A DNA stretch of 64,000 nt from an uncultured Desulfobulbaceae bacterium (GTDB lineage: Bacteria > Desulfobacterota > Desulfobulbia > Desulfobulbales > Desulfocapsaceae): positions 2,648 through 66,647 of the forward strand of contig CAMZKN010000065.1 in assembly GCA_947311315.1 (NCBI GenBank). Direction: 5' to 3'. Every line of letters starts with the position of its first letter. Position 1 is the stretch's first letter. Shown piece after piece: positions 1 to 11,510 of this stretch. The notes below the pieces were generated by a model that saw nothing but the letters and a program-made list of their open reading frames with translations, ran no database searches and had not been told where the DNA came from. The position numbers and the translations under genes are program-made.

Positions 1-343
1 CTTCTTCTAAAGAGATACGATAGCTCTCCTTTAAGGTGTCAAAAGTCATGATGTGCTGAAAATTGTATGCAGTTATCTGTTCATCAGGCCAGTTTTTAGC
101 TGTTTTATAAAGATTAATAAAAAAGGAAAAACGTAAAGGGATACCGCTGTGGAGGATTTCGACCATTTCAGAGGTAAAACTGTTCTCAAGGGTACCAAAG
201 ACAATGAGATGGGTCTCCGATGTGGTGGCGGTAAGTTCTTTAATAGTTGCCTTTCTACCCTGATTTGCTATGGAATAAGGGATTGAGGTCAGAAAGGAGA
301 AGAGACAAAAAAGAGTTGCTGCTATGAGTATTTTACGATTCAT
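1..343 (-). CDS. Exported DUF4390-like protein, 3' end truncated by window edge
   Basis: Not in ORF track. Translated by hand from ATG at 343: MNRKILIAATLFCLFSFLTSIPYSIANQGRKATIK...LHSGIPLRFSFFINLYKTAKNWPDEQI..., open to position 1. Signal-peptide-like N-terminus. Family call from remembered resemblance. Confidence 0.65.
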   Translation of the reverse strand, partial: MNRKILIAATLFCLFSFLTSIPYSIANQGRKATIKELTATTSETHLIVFGTLENSFTSEMVEILHSGIPLRFSFFINLYKTAKNWPDEQITAYNFQHIMTFDTLKESYRISLEE

Positions 344-562
344 TGTATATATATGAAAAGAAGGGCTGGAAGCCCATCGTTGTGATGAATTTTCAAGGTA
401 GCCGTAATGCATTCTCAGACAAACTCCTAGTTTACCTGATATCAGCCTGGTTGTCTATTGCTTGTTCCTGTTGATTTTTTTGTCTGTAGCCTGTATATAA
501 AACGGTCTGTTGCTGCAATTTTTTTATATAAAAGACCCTGTCCAGGGAATATTGAGTGATTT

Positions 563-856
563 ATGTCTCCACGACCCAAAAAAGCACGAAAATGTAAAGG
601 GAAATTGTGTGGAAGAGCTTTTAAGCCCACCGGAACTCCTCTTGTTGATCTCAAGCAGGTTGAAATGCACCGTGATGAGCTGGAAGCCCTGAAATTATGC
701 GATGGAGAGGGGATGACCCAGGAAGAAGCCGGACGCTGCATGGGTGTCTCCCGTGGTACTGTTCAACGTATAATTACCGTTGCCAGAAAAAAGACAGCCC
801 TGGCGCTGACCCAGGGACATGTTCTTGTCTTTGTTGACGCAGAGGAGCGATTGTAG
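563..856 (+). CDS. DUF134 (UPF0251) family predicted DNA-binding protein
   Basis: MSPRPKKxR..FKPxG..DELEALKLCD..GMTQEEAG..MGVSRGTVQRI HTH pattern typical of DUF134. Confidence 0.85.
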   Translation: MSPRPKKARKCKGKLCGRAFKPTGTPLVDLKQVEMHRDELEALKLCDGEGMTQEEAGRCMGVSRGTVQRIITVARKKTALALTQGHVLVFVDAEERL

Positions 857-878
857 GGTTCGTAGCTCGACCATGATG

Positions 879-2465
879 TCAAACGTTTTCTCTTGTCTTG
901 TCAAAGGTGATGTTCGGCCATTTTTCCATAAAATAATTCAGCATCCATTCACTTTCCGCAAGGTAGGTAAGAAAACCCTCCGAATCCTTGGCCAGAGAGC
1001 TCTGGTTTTTACGTTCAAAATCCGCCAGATCTGTTTTGTTCTCACAGCGAATCCACCTGGCTGCATTGAAGTTAATCGGTTCATAAATGGCCTTTACGCT
1101 GTATTCGTTCTGCAGTCGTGCCATTGTCACTTCAAACTGTAAAACACCCACCGCACCCATTATATAATCGGCACCTATGAGTGGGCGAAATACCTGTATT
1201 GCTCCCTCTTCCGCCAGTTGCAGTAAACCTTTTTGCAACTGTTTCATCTTAAGTGGATCTTTCAGGAGCACTCTGCGAAAATGTTCCGGGGCAAAATTTG
1301 GTACGCCTACAAATTTCAGAGGTTCTTTGGGGGTGAAGGTGTCACCGATTTTAATGGTTCCGTGATTATGCAGACCGATTATATCGCCCGGCCAGGCCTC
1401 ATCAACATTTGAACGCTCCTGGGCAAGGAATATCGTGGCATTGGCAAGGGTGATATCTTTTCCAAGTCTGTGGTGGTACACCTTCATACCACGGGTGAAT
1501 TTACCTGAACAGACGCGGAAAAAAGCAATACGATCCCTGTGGGCAGGGTTCATATTGGCTTGAATTTTAAAAACAAAACCTGAAAACTGTTCTTCGGATG
1601 GTGCAACTTCACGGCTGACGGTCATTCTCGGGCCGGGAGGTGGAGCCATTTCCACAAAAGAGTCGAGCATCTCTTGGACGCCAAAATTATTTATGGCGCT
1701 GCCGAAGAAGACAGGGGTCTGGCTGGCGTTTAAATACTCATCGTATTCAAAAGGATTGGCTGCTCCGTCTAATAGTTCAATATCTTCACGCAGATCATCT
1801 GCCTGATCTCCAAGTAATTCATCAACCTTGGGGTCATTCAGGTCGTCAATCATTATCCCCCCGATGTCCCGGGTCGTCCCACCGGACGTGAAGAGGTGGA
1901 GTGTTTTGTGGTAGAGATTGTATACACCTTTAAACGTTTTGCCCATGCCGATTGGCCATGAAAGAGGGGTGCATTCGATCTGTAATTTATCTTCAATTTC
2001 AGCCATGAGATCGAGAGGCGACAGCCCTTCTCTATCAAGTTTATTGATAAAAGTTATGATAGGCGTGTTGCGCATCCGGCATACTTCCATCAGCTTTTCC
2101 GTCTGGGCTTCAACGCCTTTGGCGCTGTCTATGACCATGACCGCAGAATCCACGGCGGTCAATACCCGGTAGGTATCTTCGGAAAAATCCTGATGGCCGG
2201 GGGTGTCAAGGAGATTAATCTCAAAGTCCCGGTATGTAAACTTCATCACCGAAGTGGTAACGGAAATGCCACGTTCCTGCTCAATGGCCATCCAGTCACT
2301 TGTCGCGTGCTTCTCAATCCGTTTGGATTTGACTGCGCCGGCCATGTTGATGGCGCCACCAAAGAGAAGAAGCTTCTCGGTAAGTGTGGTTTTACCGGCA
2401 TCCGGATGGCTGATGATGCCAAATGTACGTCGTTTGGCTATTTCCTTGTCGAGTTGTTTGCCCAT
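879..2465 (-). CDS. prfC: Peptide chain release factor 3
   Basis: [41 protein letters not shown]; 528 aa. Confidence 0.98.
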   Translation of the reverse strand: MGKQLDKEIAKRRTFGIISHPDAGKTTLTEKLLLFGGAINMAGAVKSKRIEKHATSDWMAIEQERGISVTTSVMKFTYRDFEINLLDTPGHQDFSEDTYRVLTAVDSAVMVIDSAKGVEAQTEKLMEVCRMRNTPIITFINKLDREGLSPLDLMAEIEDKLQIECTPLSWPIGMGKTFKGVYNLYHKTLHLFTSGGTTRDIGGIMIDDLNDPKVDELLGDQADDLREDIELLDGAANPFEYDEYLNASQTPVFFGSAINNFGVQEMLDSFVEMAPPPGPRMTVSREVAPSEEQFSGFVFKIQANMNPAHRDRIAFFRVCSGKFTRGMKVYHHRLGKDITLANATIFLAQERSNVDEAWPGDIIGLHNHGTIKIGDTFTPKEPLKFVGVPNFAPEHFRRVLLKDPLKMKQLQKGLLQLAEEGAIQVFRPLIGADYIMGAVGVLQFEVTMARLQNEYSVKAIYEPINFNAARWIRCENKTDLADFERKNQSSLAKDSEGFLTYLAESEWMLNYFMEKWPNITFDKTRENV

Positions 2466-2575
2466 GATAGTGAAAAAATGACTTTGATTTAAAGGATGAA
2501 GTTATTATAAGAACAGGCAGAAAAATATCGTAACATATGTCCTTTTTACAATAATGCAAAGAGAAAAAAATTATC

Positions 2576-3649
2576 ATGAAAAATAAACGAACTGTTCTTG
2601 TCACAGGTGGGTGTGGTTTTATCGGGGCAAATTTTGTTCGCCTGTTAAGAGAAGAATATGGTGACTGGCGTATTATAAACCTCGATAAGTTGACGTATGC
2701 CGGCAACCTGAAAAAACTTCAAGGCATCAGCGAAGGTGAGATGTATCGCTTTGTTAAAGGAGATATTTGCGATGGTGCTCTGGTCGCGGAACTTTTTGTA
2801 GCAGAGCAAATTGATACAGTTGTTCATTTTGCAGCAGAATCACATGTTGATCGTTCGATAACAGGTCCCGCTGATTTTATTCAGACCAATATTGTTGGCA
2901 CGTTTACCTTACTTGAAGCGGCCAGGAAGAGTTGGGATAAGGGCGGGACAGGAGAGGAGAATAACTGTTTCCTCCATGTCAGCACGGATGAAGTCTATGG
3001 TAGTCTCGGTAGCACAGGTTTTTTTACAGAGACGACTGCTTTTGATCCGCGTTCACCATATTCCGCCTCCAAAGCGTCATCTGACCATCTTGTAAATGCC
3101 TATTTTCATACGTATGGTCTGCCGGTTCGATTGACAAATTGCTCCAATAACTATGGCCCGTATCAATTCCCGGAAAAATTGATACCACTTGTCTTTAATA
3201 ACAGTATGCACGGTAAATCCCTACCGGTATATGGTGATGGAAAGAATGTTCGTGACTGGCTCTATGTGAAAGATCATTGTGAGGCTATTGTTGCAGTGTT
3301 GCAAAAGGGACAAAACGGGCAGTGTTATAATATTGGAGGTAATAACGAAAAAGAAAACCTCGAAGTGGTGACTGTTATTTGTGATATTCTTGATCGCAAA
3401 CTTGGATTGCCGGAATCCGGTCAGCCGCGCAGATCGCTGATTACTTTTGTTGAAGACAGGCTTGGTCATGATCGCCGGTATGCAATTGATGCATCAAAAA
3501 TCAAAGATCAGCTTGACTGGGAGCCCCAGGTGACTTTTGAGGCTGGTATGGAAAAAACAGTGGACTGGTATCTTGAAAATCAGGATTGGGTTCGAGAGAT
3601 TGTCGACGGTTCCTATACAAAGTATTATAAACAGATGTATACTGTTTGA
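2576..3649 (+). CDS. rfbB: dTDP-glucose 4,6-dehydratase
   Basis: VTGGCGFIG, DKLTYAGN, HFAAESHVDRSI, STDEVYG, YSASKASSD, RLGHDRRYAID. Confidence 0.97.
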   Translation: MKNKRTVLVTGGCGFIGANFVRLLREEYGDWRIINLDKLTYAGNLKKLQGISEGEMYRFVKGDICDGALVAELFVAEQIDTVVHFAAESHVDRSITGPADFIQTNIVGTFTLLEAARKSWDKGGTGEENNCFLHVSTDEVYGSLGSTGFFTETTAFDPRSPYSASKASSDHLVNAYFHTYGLPVRLTNCSNNYGPYQFPEKLIPLVFNNSMHGKSLPVYGDGKNVRDWLYVKDHCEAIVAVLQKGQNGQCYNIGGNNEKENLEVVTVICDILDRKLGLPESGQPRRSLITFVEDRLGHDRRYAIDASKIKDQLDWEPQVTFEAGMEKTVDWYLENQDWVREIVDGSYTKYYKQMYTV

Positions 3650-3678
3650 GCCCCTGTGTGGCGGAGAATTTTAAACTT

Positions 3679-4224
3679 ATGAACGTTATACCTACAGCTA
3701 TACCCGATGTCCTTAGTCTTGAACCTGAAGTCTTTGGCGATGATCGAGGGTTTTTCTTTGAAAGTTTTAATCAAAAAAAATGGCAGGCCGAAACAGGCCT
3801 TGAGAGAACATTTGTTCAGGATAATCATTCCAGATCGGCCAAAGGTGTTTTGCGTGGTTTGCATTATCAGATAGAGCAAACCCAGGGTAAACTGGTTCGG
3901 GTTGCGGTAGGAGAGGTCTTTGATGTCGCAGTGGATTTGAGGAGACAGTCACCAACCTTTGGCAGATGGGTGGGGGAAGTGCTCAGTGCTGACAACAGAA
4001 AACAACTCTGGATCCCTGAAGGTTTTGGTCATGGTTTTCTGGTGTTGTCCGATAGTGCTGACTTTTTATACAGAACAACCGATTATTGGGCACCAGAGTA
4101 TGAGCGATGCATTGTCTGGAATGATTCTGATCTCGGTATTGACTGGTCTGTCGATTATTTACCTTCCCTTTCACCAAAGGACGCTGAAGGTGTTTTGTTC
4201 AGGGATGCAGAAGTTTTTACTTAA
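3679..4224 (+). CDS. rfbC: dTDP-4-dehydrorhamnose 3,5-epimerase
   Basis: FGDDRGFFFESF, QDNHSRS..GVLRGLHYQ, GFGHGF. Start moved to ATG 3679, which follows GGAG at 3663. Confidence 0.96.
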   Translation: MNVIPTAIPDVLSLEPEVFGDDRGFFFESFNQKKWQAETGLERTFVQDNHSRSAKGVLRGLHYQIEQTQGKLVRVAVGEVFDVAVDLRRQSPTFGRWVGEVLSADNRKQLWIPEGFGHGFLVLSDSADFLYRTTDYWAPEYERCIVWNDSDLGIDWSVDYLPSLSPKDAEGVLFRDAEVFT

Positions 4225-4414
4225 GAGTAACTACTCAAAGGGTACCGCATCTACACACGATCAGGCTGGCTCGCATAGGGTTTATTGTCCCCCCAGTCTG
4301 TTTGTGTACTTATACGGCACCCTGCACGCAGTTACGTTTACGAAGTATGGCGAAGTTAAGATGATTATTGTGTGAGTAGTTACACTTAAGATTCTTTTGC
4401 CGGGGAGGCATTGA

Positions 4415-4639
4415 ATGAAATCGATTTTTCTAACATCTCTGATTCTTTTAACACTGTTGTGTTGTGGTTGTGCAAAGTATTACGGCAAACCCAAGAAGGT
4501 TATTCTGCAGCATCCTGAAACGCAGGAATTTGTCGACTGCCAGGTGGATAAATGGGAAACAGCAAAAGCGTTTGCTGAAAACGATAAATGTATCGAAGAG
4601 TATAAAAAGAAAGGATTTGTCGTGTGGGCTGAGCGTTGA
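4415..4639 (+). CDS. Small putative lipoprotein
   Basis: GGGGAGG RBS; MKS + hydrophobic stretch + LLCCGC lipobox-like motif; 74 aa. Confidence 0.7.
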   Translation: MKSIFLTSLILLTLLCCGCAKYYGKPKKVILQHPETQEFVDCQVDKWETAKAFAENDKCIEEYKKKGFVVWAER

Positions 4640-5091
4640 TTGCCTGTCATTTCTTTTCCTCTATGCTGAATTTCTAACCAGTGTTATACTTACTATCTTT
4701 GTTACCGTCCAGTCTTCGTCCTGCCACTACCTATGGCAGTTGACATAGTCCCTCCTTGCTTAGCCATGGTGGTTAGGAAAGTTTGGAAGAGTTTTTTCCG
4801 ATCCATCAACTGTGTTTTGGCCTTCCCTTCAAAGAACTCAAAAAAAGTTCCGATAAACAGATACCTGTGAAGAAAAATTGATATGCATGTTTTTGCAGGC
4901 GCAATATTTGGTAAATGTGTTCTGCTCGTTGGCTGGTGATTTTAAGATGTTGGAGGTTGAATGTGTAAAAAAGTTATTAAATTAGCATGTTATGATCTGA
5001 TATTTATTGTTTCCTGATCGGAGTTGCTCCTGTATAGTCATAAAAAGTATTGAAGAACTGAATAAGGCTAACTAGACTTTTTCGTCTACGT

Positions 5092-5104
5092 GTAACAATG
5101 TTCT
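5092..5104. promoter_or_regulatory. Candidate TetR operator GTAACAATGTTCT
   Basis: Matches the 13-bp palindromic consensus GTAAC(A/G)ATGTTAC found at 7 sites in this cluster; upstream of prpE. Confidence 0.6.
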
Positions 5105-5178
5105 TTTTTTTAGAAAAATGAACAGTAGTCTTTCAATATAGAACCATAAAAACAGATATATAGTGTATTTAAGGTTAA

Positions 5179-5191
5179 ATAACGATGTCAT
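5179..5191. promoter_or_regulatory. Candidate TetR operator ATAACGATGTCAT (weaker)
   Basis: Degenerate match to the same palindrome; upstream of prpE. Confidence 0.45.
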
Positions 5192-5308
5192 TTTTTGGAT
5201 AAATTAAACAAAAGATATTCATTTGTCTCGCTAGAGGATAAAACTAATCAACAGCTTGATAATATAAGGTAATTGGTTAAAACCCTATGTAGTGGTCGCT
5301 GGGTGAGT

Positions 5309-5321
5309 GTAACGATGTTAA
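5309..5321. promoter_or_regulatory. Candidate TetR operator GTAACGATGTTAA
   Basis: Strong match to the palindrome about 90 bp upstream of the prpE start. Confidence 0.65.
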
Positions 5322-5411
5322 ATTTAATACTTGAAGTATATACTGTGATGCTGTATACCATGCTATGGAGACTGGTGGATGGACTTAAAATTCAGACCAA
5401 AAGGAGTGATT

Positions 5412-7307
5412 ATGACTAGTTTTGATGAAGTGTTTCAAAGTAGTGTTGAAAATCCTGAGGCGTTTTGGGCGGAAGCTGCCAAGAGTATCACATGGTACAA
5501 AGAGTATGATAAGATCTTAGACGATTCCAACCCTCCTTTTTATAAATGGTTTCCAGGTGGTAAAATGAACACCTGTTACAATGCTATTGATCGTCACGTC
5601 GAGAATGGTCGCGCGGATCAGGTTGCAATAATTTATGACAGTCCTGTGACTGACACACTCCTTAAGATCACCTACAAAGAACTGCTCGAAAAAGTTTCTA
5701 CTTTTGCAGGAGCACTTGCCAGCCAAGGCGTTGGTAAAGGTGATACTGTTGTTATATACATGCCTATGATTCCCGAGGCGGCTGTTGCCATGCTGGCATG
5801 TGCTCGACTCGGTGCTATTCATTCTGTTGTTTTTGGTGGTTTTGCTCCCCACGAGCTTGCCATCAGGATCGATCATGCACAACCAAAGGTTATCGTAACC
5901 GCCTCGGGAGCTATTGAGGGTGTAAAGACTCTTGAATATAAACCTCTCGTTGACAGTGCCATAGAGCAATCTACCCATGAAGTGAGCAAAGTTATCCTCT
6001 TTCAACGTGATTTTGTGAAGTCTACTATGATTGATGGTCGCGATCTGGATTGGGTTGAACTGGTAAGCAACAGTCAGCCTGCTGACTGTGTGGAAGTTGA
6101 CGCAACAGATCCTCTTTATATTTTGTATACATCCGGTACAACAGGAATGCCTAAAGGTGTTTTAAGAGATAATGGCGGACATGCTGTTGCACTCCACTGG
6201 AGCATGAAGAACCTGTACGATATAGATCCTGGTGATGTGTGGTGGTCAGCTTCTGATGTTGGCTGGGTTGTGGGTCACTCTTATATTGTTTACGCTCCTT
6301 TGTTGCAGGGGTCTACGACAGTTTTTTATGAAGGAAAACCAATTGGCACACCTGATGCCGGTGCTTTCTGGAGAGTAATATCTGAGCATAAAGTAAAAGC
6401 ACTTTTTACTGCTCCAACTGCGTTCAGGGCAATTAAAAAAGAAGATCCTGAAGGTAAATTTTTTGAAAAGTATGATACTTCCTGTTTTGAATGTCTCTAT
6501 CTCGCAGGTGAGCGTCTGGATCCTGATACACTGCACTGGGCAGAAGACCTGCTAAAAGTTCCTGTTATTGATCACTGGTGGCAGACAGAGACAGGATGGG
6601 CTATTGTTGGTAACTGTCGTGGTATTGAAGAACTGCCTGTTAAAGAAGGCTCTCCGACTAAGGCCCTGCCTGGATATGATGTGCGTATTGTTGATGACGA
6701 TGGCGAGGTTGTACCAAAAGGTACTGAAGGGAATATCGTCTGTAAACTGCCGTTGCCTCCAGGAACACTAACTACCCTGTGGCGTAATGATGACAGATAT
6801 ATTCAGTCTTACATGACGAAGTTTCCTGGGTACTATGAAACCAGTGACGGTGGGTTTATAGATGAAGACGGTTATGTCTTTGTAATGGGCCGTATGGATG
6901 ATGTTATTAATATTGCTGGTCATAGGCTGTCGACGGGAGCAATGGAAGAGATTATTTCCAACCACCCGGATGTTGCTGAATGTGCAGTTTTTGGTGCTGA
7001 TGATCAATTGAAGGGACAGTTGCCGGTCGGACTGTTTGTTGTAAAGGCTGGCGTTACCAGAGATGGTGATGAGATTAAGAAGGAGCTGGTCAAAATGGTA
7101 CGTGAAGCGATTGGCCCGATTGCATGTTTCCGCGATGCGTGTCAGGTAGTGCGTTTGCCAAAGACACGTTCAGGTAAAATCCTGCGTGGTACAATGCGAT
7201 CAATTGCTAACAGCAAAGAGTACAGAATGCCTTCAACCATCGATGATCCGTCGATTCTTGATGAGATTACAGAATATCTGACCAAGATGGGTTACGGCAA
7301 GAAGTAA
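5412..7307 (+). CDS. prpE: Propionyl-CoA synthetase (acetate/propionate-CoA ligase)
   Basis: YTSGTTGMPKG AMP-binding motif, DHWWQTETG, PKTRSGKILR (acylatable Lys). Start at ATG 5412 after AAGGAG. Heads the methylmalonyl-CoA cluster. Confidence 0.9.
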   Translation: MTSFDEVFQSSVENPEAFWAEAAKSITWYKEYDKILDDSNPPFYKWFPGGKMNTCYNAIDRHVENGRADQVAIIYDSPVTDTLLKITYKELLEKVSTFAGALASQGVGKGDTVVIYMPMIPEAAVAMLACARLGAIHSVVFGGFAPHELAIRIDHAQPKVIVTASGAIEGVKTLEYKPLVDSAIEQSTHEVSKVILFQRDFVKSTMIDGRDLDWVELVSNSQPADCVEVDATDPLYILYTSGTTGMPKGVLRDNGGHAVALHWSMKNLYDIDPGDVWWSASDVGWVVGHSYIVYAPLLQGSTTVFYEGKPIGTPDAGAFWRVISEHKVKALFTAPTAFRAIKKEDPEGKFFEKYDTSCFECLYLAGERLDPDTLHWAEDLLKVPVIDHWWQTETGWAIVGNCRGIEELPVKEGSPTKALPGYDVRIVDDDGEVVPKGTEGNIVCKLPLPPGTLTTLWRNDDRYIQSYMTKFPGYYETSDGGFIDEDGYVFVMGRMDDVINIAGHRLSTGAMEEIISNHPDVAECAVFGADDQLKGQLPVGLFVVKAGVTRDGDEIKKELVKMVREAIGPIACFRDACQVVRLPKTRSGKILRGTMRSIANSKEYRMPSTIDDPSILDEITEYLTKMGYGKK

Positions 7308-7321
7308 ATTACGTTGATGTG

Positions 7322-7353
7322 GGCAGCTGTCTGAATTGACAGCTGCCTTTTTT
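7322..7353 (+). terminator. Intrinsic terminator after prpE
   Basis: GGCAGCTGTC-tgaatt-GACAGCTGCC followed by a T run. Confidence 0.8.
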
Positions 7354-7409
7354 CATGGAAAAACGGGATCGAATACTACTCCGGTTCCACTAACAAGGAC
7401 AATTTTTTT

Positions 7410-8567
7410 ATGAAGATCCACGAGTATCAAGCGAAAGAACTGTTTCGCAAGTATAATGTGCCGACTCCCGAAGGTGGTGTGAGCACCACTATAGAAGGCA
7501 TTTCTGAAACTGCTGCTCAACTGGGATTACCGGTTGCGGTAAAAGCTCAGATTCATGCCGGTGGGCGAGGCAAGGGTGGTGGCGTTAAAATTGCCAGGAC
7601 CAGTGAGGAAGTTTCACAGGCTGCAAACGCGATTCTTGGTATGACCCTTGTCACTAAACAGACCGGGCCTGAAGGAAGACTTGTTAAGACTGTCCTGGTC
7701 GAAAAAGGAGTGGGTATAAAGAAAGAATTGTACCTTTCGATGATTCCGGATAGAAGCACCGCGACGGTGACCATTGTTGCCAGTCAGGATGGTGGTATGG
7801 ACATTGAAGAAGTTGCCGCATCAACACCGGAACGAATTATAAAAGTACAGGTTAATCCTCTTATCGGAATTCGTGGTTATCACGTTCAGCAGGTGATCTT
7901 TGGACTGGAACTTGAAAAACCGGTGATGAAGGAATTTGGCGCTCTTTTAAGAAATTTGTATAATCTCTTTGTCGATTATGATTGTTCGATGCTTGAGATT
8001 AATCCGCTGATTATTACCGATGACGACCAAATAATAGCGCTGGATGCCAAGGTTGATGTCGATTCCAATGCACTCTTCAGACATCCTGATGTAGTTGCAA
8101 TGCATGATCCAAATGAGGATGATCCGGCCGAAGCTGAGGCTGCAAAATATAACCTCAACTATATCAACCTCGATGGAAATGTCGGCAATATGGTGAATGG
8201 CGCGGGACTTGCCATGGCGACAATGGATATTATCAAACAGGCTGGAGCCGATCCAGCTAATTTCCTGGATGTCGGAGGCGGTGCCGATGCTGAGATGGTT
8301 GAAAATGGTTTTCGTATCATTCTCAGCGATCCAAAAGTGAAGGGAATTTTGATTAATATTTTTGGTGGTATACTCAGGTGTGACATTCTAGCACAAGGAG
8401 TAGTGCAAGCTGCCGAAAAAATAAAACTGTCAGTTCCGGTGGTTGTTCGTATGGAAGGAACAAACGTCGAAGAAGGCAGAAAGATTTTGAGTGAATCTGG
8501 ATTGAAGCTGATAAACGCAGCCGATTTGTCCGATGCTGCTAAAAAGGTCGCCGAAATAGTCGCTTAA
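7410..8567 (+). CDS. sucC: Succinyl-CoA synthetase beta subunit
   Basis: MKIHEYQAKELF, KAQIHAGGRGKGGGV, NGAGLAMATMD, ANFLDVGGGA. Confidence 0.98.
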   Translation: MKIHEYQAKELFRKYNVPTPEGGVSTTIEGISETAAQLGLPVAVKAQIHAGGRGKGGGVKIARTSEEVSQAANAILGMTLVTKQTGPEGRLVKTVLVEKGVGIKKELYLSMIPDRSTATVTIVASQDGGMDIEEVAASTPERIIKVQVNPLIGIRGYHVQQVIFGLELEKPVMKEFGALLRNLYNLFVDYDCSMLEINPLIITDDDQIIALDAKVDVDSNALFRHPDVVAMHDPNEDDPAEAEAAKYNLNYINLDGNVGNMVNGAGLAMATMDIIKQAGADPANFLDVGGGADAEMVENGFRIILSDPKVKGILINIFGGILRCDILAQGVVQAAEKIKLSVPVVVRMEGTNVEEGRKILSESGLKLINAADLSDAAKKVAEIVA

Positions 8568-8613
8568 TTTCAATGTGTAGTTGGTCAGCGGTTCATAAGG
8601 TCACAATTAATAC

Positions 8614-8727
8614 CCTAACGCAAACAAGCTGCAAGTAAGTGCCTTGGAGGTATCTATTTATTTTTGTGGTCAAATACCCTTCTTCATTTTCTTTTTTTTA
8701 GCAGTAATTATGGAGTAAGGCACTAAA
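8614..8727 (+). repeat. Dispersed intergenic repeat, copy A
   Basis: CCTAACGCAAACAAGCTGCAAGTAAGTGCCTTGG...GGAGTAAGGCACTAAA. Differs from the reverse complement of 29717-29832 by 4 substitutions and a 2-nt indel. Confidence 0.92.
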
Positions 8728-8944
8728 CATAAGGTCAAATAATAAGGAGCAAGTCATGAGGGGCGTGCAACTATACGTTATTTGAGTTGTGTTGGTGAAG
8801 TTTGAGCAGGGTGGCTAATTGATCATCAAAAGCACTGTATTGGCGAAGAAGTTAAATTGATATGACGAATGCTGATCCGGTTGGGGTGGAATTTTGCCTG
8901 ACCTGATTGAGGAGCATGAGTAATTTTACTTTCAAAGGAAAACA

Positions 8945-9817
8945 ATGAGTATTTTAGTGAATTCCCAGACGCGTGTCCTCGTTCAGGGCATTACAGGTAA
9001 GGAAGGTAAGTTTCATACACAGCAGTGTATTGCTTACGGCACAAATGTGGTTGCAGGTGTTACCCCCGGTAAAGGTGGTCAGTCGATGGATTCAGTTCCT
9101 GTCTTCAATACGGTTCAGGAAGCGAGAAAAGAGACAGGGGCAAATGCCTCAATGATCCTTGTGCCGCCACCTTTTGCAGCAGATGCCATTCTTGAGGCGG
9201 TTGATGCCGGCATAGAGTTGGTCGTGTGCATTACGGAAGGTGTCCCTGTCGTTGATATGATGAAAGTCAAAAACTATCTTGAACAAAATAATACCAGACT
9301 CATTGGGCCAAACTGCCCAGGCATTATAACGCCGGGTGAGTGCAAGATCGGTATTATGCCAGGCCCTATCCATACACCAGGTGGGCCGGTGGGTGTAGTG
9401 TCACGTTCTGGTACCCTCACCTATGAAGTTGTCCATCAGTTGACGGAAGTTGGCCTTGGTCAGACAACGTGTATTGGTATTGGTGGTGATCCTGTAAATG
9501 GAACAGGTTTTATTGATTGCTTGAAAGAATTTAATGACGATCCTGCAACAGAAGCCGTTGTAATGGTTGGAGAGATAGGTGGGAATGCAGAGGAAGAAGC
9601 TTCTGCCTGGATCAAAGAAAACATGAAAAAACCGGTTGTAGGTTTTATTGCCGGACTGACTGCTCCTCCAGGGAGAAGGATGGGCCATGCTGGTGCCATA
9701 GTCAGTGGCGGTCAGGGAACAGCTGCAGCGAAAATTGAAGCAATGCAGAAGGCTGGTCTCTATGTTTGTGAGGATTTGGGTGCTCTTGGAAAGCTCTGTA
9801 AAGAAGCATTTTCGTGA
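8945..9817 (+). CDS. sucD: Succinyl-CoA synthetase alpha subunit
   Basis: [35 protein letters not shown] (phospho-His). Confidence 0.98.
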   Translation: MSILVNSQTRVLVQGITGKEGKFHTQQCIAYGTNVVAGVTPGKGGQSMDSVPVFNTVQEARKETGANASMILVPPPFAADAILEAVDAGIELVVCITEGVPVVDMMKVKNYLEQNNTRLIGPNCPGIITPGECKIGIMPGPIHTPGGPVGVVSRSGTLTYEVVHQLTEVGLGQTTCIGIGGDPVNGTGFIDCLKEFNDDPATEAVVMVGEIGGNAEEEASAWIKENMKKPVVGFIAGLTAPPGRRMGHAGAIVSGGQGTAAAKIEAMQKAGLYVCEDLGALGKLCKEAFS

Positions 9818-9891
9818 GAAAATGTTGGTGCACTATTGATCACGGATAGCGACTGCGTTACGTGCCGGGAATTATGATCCAAGGAGATGGA

Positions 9892-11442
9892 ATGAATACG
9901 AATGACCAGCTGGACCACCTGAAGACACTCAGAGCTGAAGCAAAGCTCGGAGGCGGTCAGGCCAGGATTGACAAGCAGCATGCAAAGGGTGCAATGACTG
10001 CAAGAGAACGGATAGATTTGCTCTTAGATAAAGGGTCTTTTGAAGAGTTTGACATGTTCAAAACCCATAGATGTACTGATTTTGGCATGGAAAAGCAGGT
10101 GTTTCCAGGAGATGGTGTTGTCACCGGACACGGTACAGTGGATGGTCGCATTGTCTATGTCTATGCACAGGACTTTACTGTACTTGGCGGATCTCTTTCA
10201 GAAACTGTTTCAGAAAAAATCTGTAAGATTCTTGATCATGGTATGAAAAATGGGGCTCCTGTTATCGGACTCAATGACTCCGGTGGAGCAAGAATCCAGG
10301 AGGGAATTGAAAGCCTTGCCGGATATTCTGAAATTTTTCAGCGAAATGTAATGGCTTCTGGAGTTGTTCCGCAGATTTCAACCATTTTTGGACCATGTGC
10401 CGGTGGCGCAGTCTATTCACCGGCTTTAACTGATTTTATAGTTATGGTTCAGAATCAGTCCTATATGTTTCTCACCGGCCCTAAAGTTGTGAAATCAGTT
10501 ACCCATGAAGATGTTACAACAGAAGCTCTCGGTGGTGCGGAAATGCATGCAAGCAGGAGCGGCGTGAGTGACTATGCTGCATCTTCGGGTGCGGAGGCGG
10601 TTGAATATGTACGAAAACTGCTCTCATTTCTGCCGCAGAACAATATGGAGAATCCACCATCCATTCCATGTGAAGATCCTAAGACGCGTGAAGCCGCAGA
10701 ACTTAACGCTATTGTTCCTGATAATCCGAATGCGGCTTATGATATGATGGAGGTTATTCTTCAAACAGTGGATAACAGGGATTTTCATGAGGTTAAAGAA
10801 AAATTTGCCCCGAACATCATTGTTGGTTTTGCACGATATAATGGAATGAGTGTAGGTATAGTTGCTAATCAACCTAAATACCTGTCAGGTGTCCTCGATA
10901 TTGATTCCTCTGTTAAAGGTGCACGGTTCGTGCGATTCTGTGACTGTTTCAATATTCCCGTAGTCACTTTTGTAGATGTACCTGGTTTTTTACCGGGAAC
11001 TGCTCAGGAATATGGTGGAGTCATCAGAAATGGCGCTAAAATACTCTATGCCTATGCAGAAGCAACAGTGCCAAAAGTAACTGTTATTACCCGAAAAGCA
11101 TACGGCGGCGCTTATTGTGTCATGTCTTCAAAACATCTTAGAGGTGATATGAATTATGCATGGCCATCTGCTGAAATTGCTGTAATGGGAGCCAAAGGGG
11201 CGTCCGGGGTTCTTTATGGAAGAGCGGCCGCTAAAGCTGAAGATCCTGCTGCATTTCTTGCTCAAAAAGAAAAGGAATACCAGGATAAGGTTGCAAATCC
11301 ATATGTAGCCGCACAGCGTGGTTATATAGACGATATTATAGAACCAGCTCGAACCAGAACCAGAATTATCAAAGCTCTTGGTCTGCTGCAGAATAAGCGG
11401 GATACCAACCCGATGAAAAAGCATGGGAATATTCCTTTGTAG
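9892..11442 (+). CDS. Acyl-CoA carboxyltransferase (PccB / transcarboxylase 12S-like)
   Basis: [50 protein letters not shown]. Start ATG 9892 after AAGGAG. Confidence 0.93.
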   Translation: MNTNDQLDHLKTLRAEAKLGGGQARIDKQHAKGAMTARERIDLLLDKGSFEEFDMFKTHRCTDFGMEKQVFPGDGVVTGHGTVDGRIVYVYAQDFTVLGGSLSETVSEKICKILDHGMKNGAPVIGLNDSGGARIQEGIESLAGYSEIFQRNVMASGVVPQISTIFGPCAGGAVYSPALTDFIVMVQNQSYMFLTGPKVVKSVTHEDVTTEALGGAEMHASRSGVSDYAASSGAEAVEYVRKLLSFLPQNNMENPPSIPCEDPKTREAAELNAIVPDNPNAAYDMMEVILQTVDNRDFHEVKEKFAPNIIVGFARYNGMSVGIVANQPKYLSGVLDIDSSVKGARFVRFCDCFNIPVVTFVDVPGFLPGTAQEYGGVIRNGAKILYAYAEATVPKVTVITRKAYGGAYCVMSSKHLRGDMNYAWPSAEIAVMGAKGASGVLYGRAAAKAEDPAAFLAQKEKEYQDKVANPYVAAQRGYIDDIIEPARTRTRIIKALGLLQNKRDTNPMKKHGNIPL

Positions 11443-11510
11443 TAGCGCTGATACTGGCACTGGCAAAGAGCAAAGATTCTGATAAGCTGAAATTGCATTG
11501 AGGAGATAAA

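Noticed and set aside
2576-4224. rfbB-rfbC pair as a horizontally acquired O-antigen island
   Set aside because: Only two rhamnose genes, with no glycosyltransferases, flanking repeats or mobility genes; ordinary scattered rml genes.
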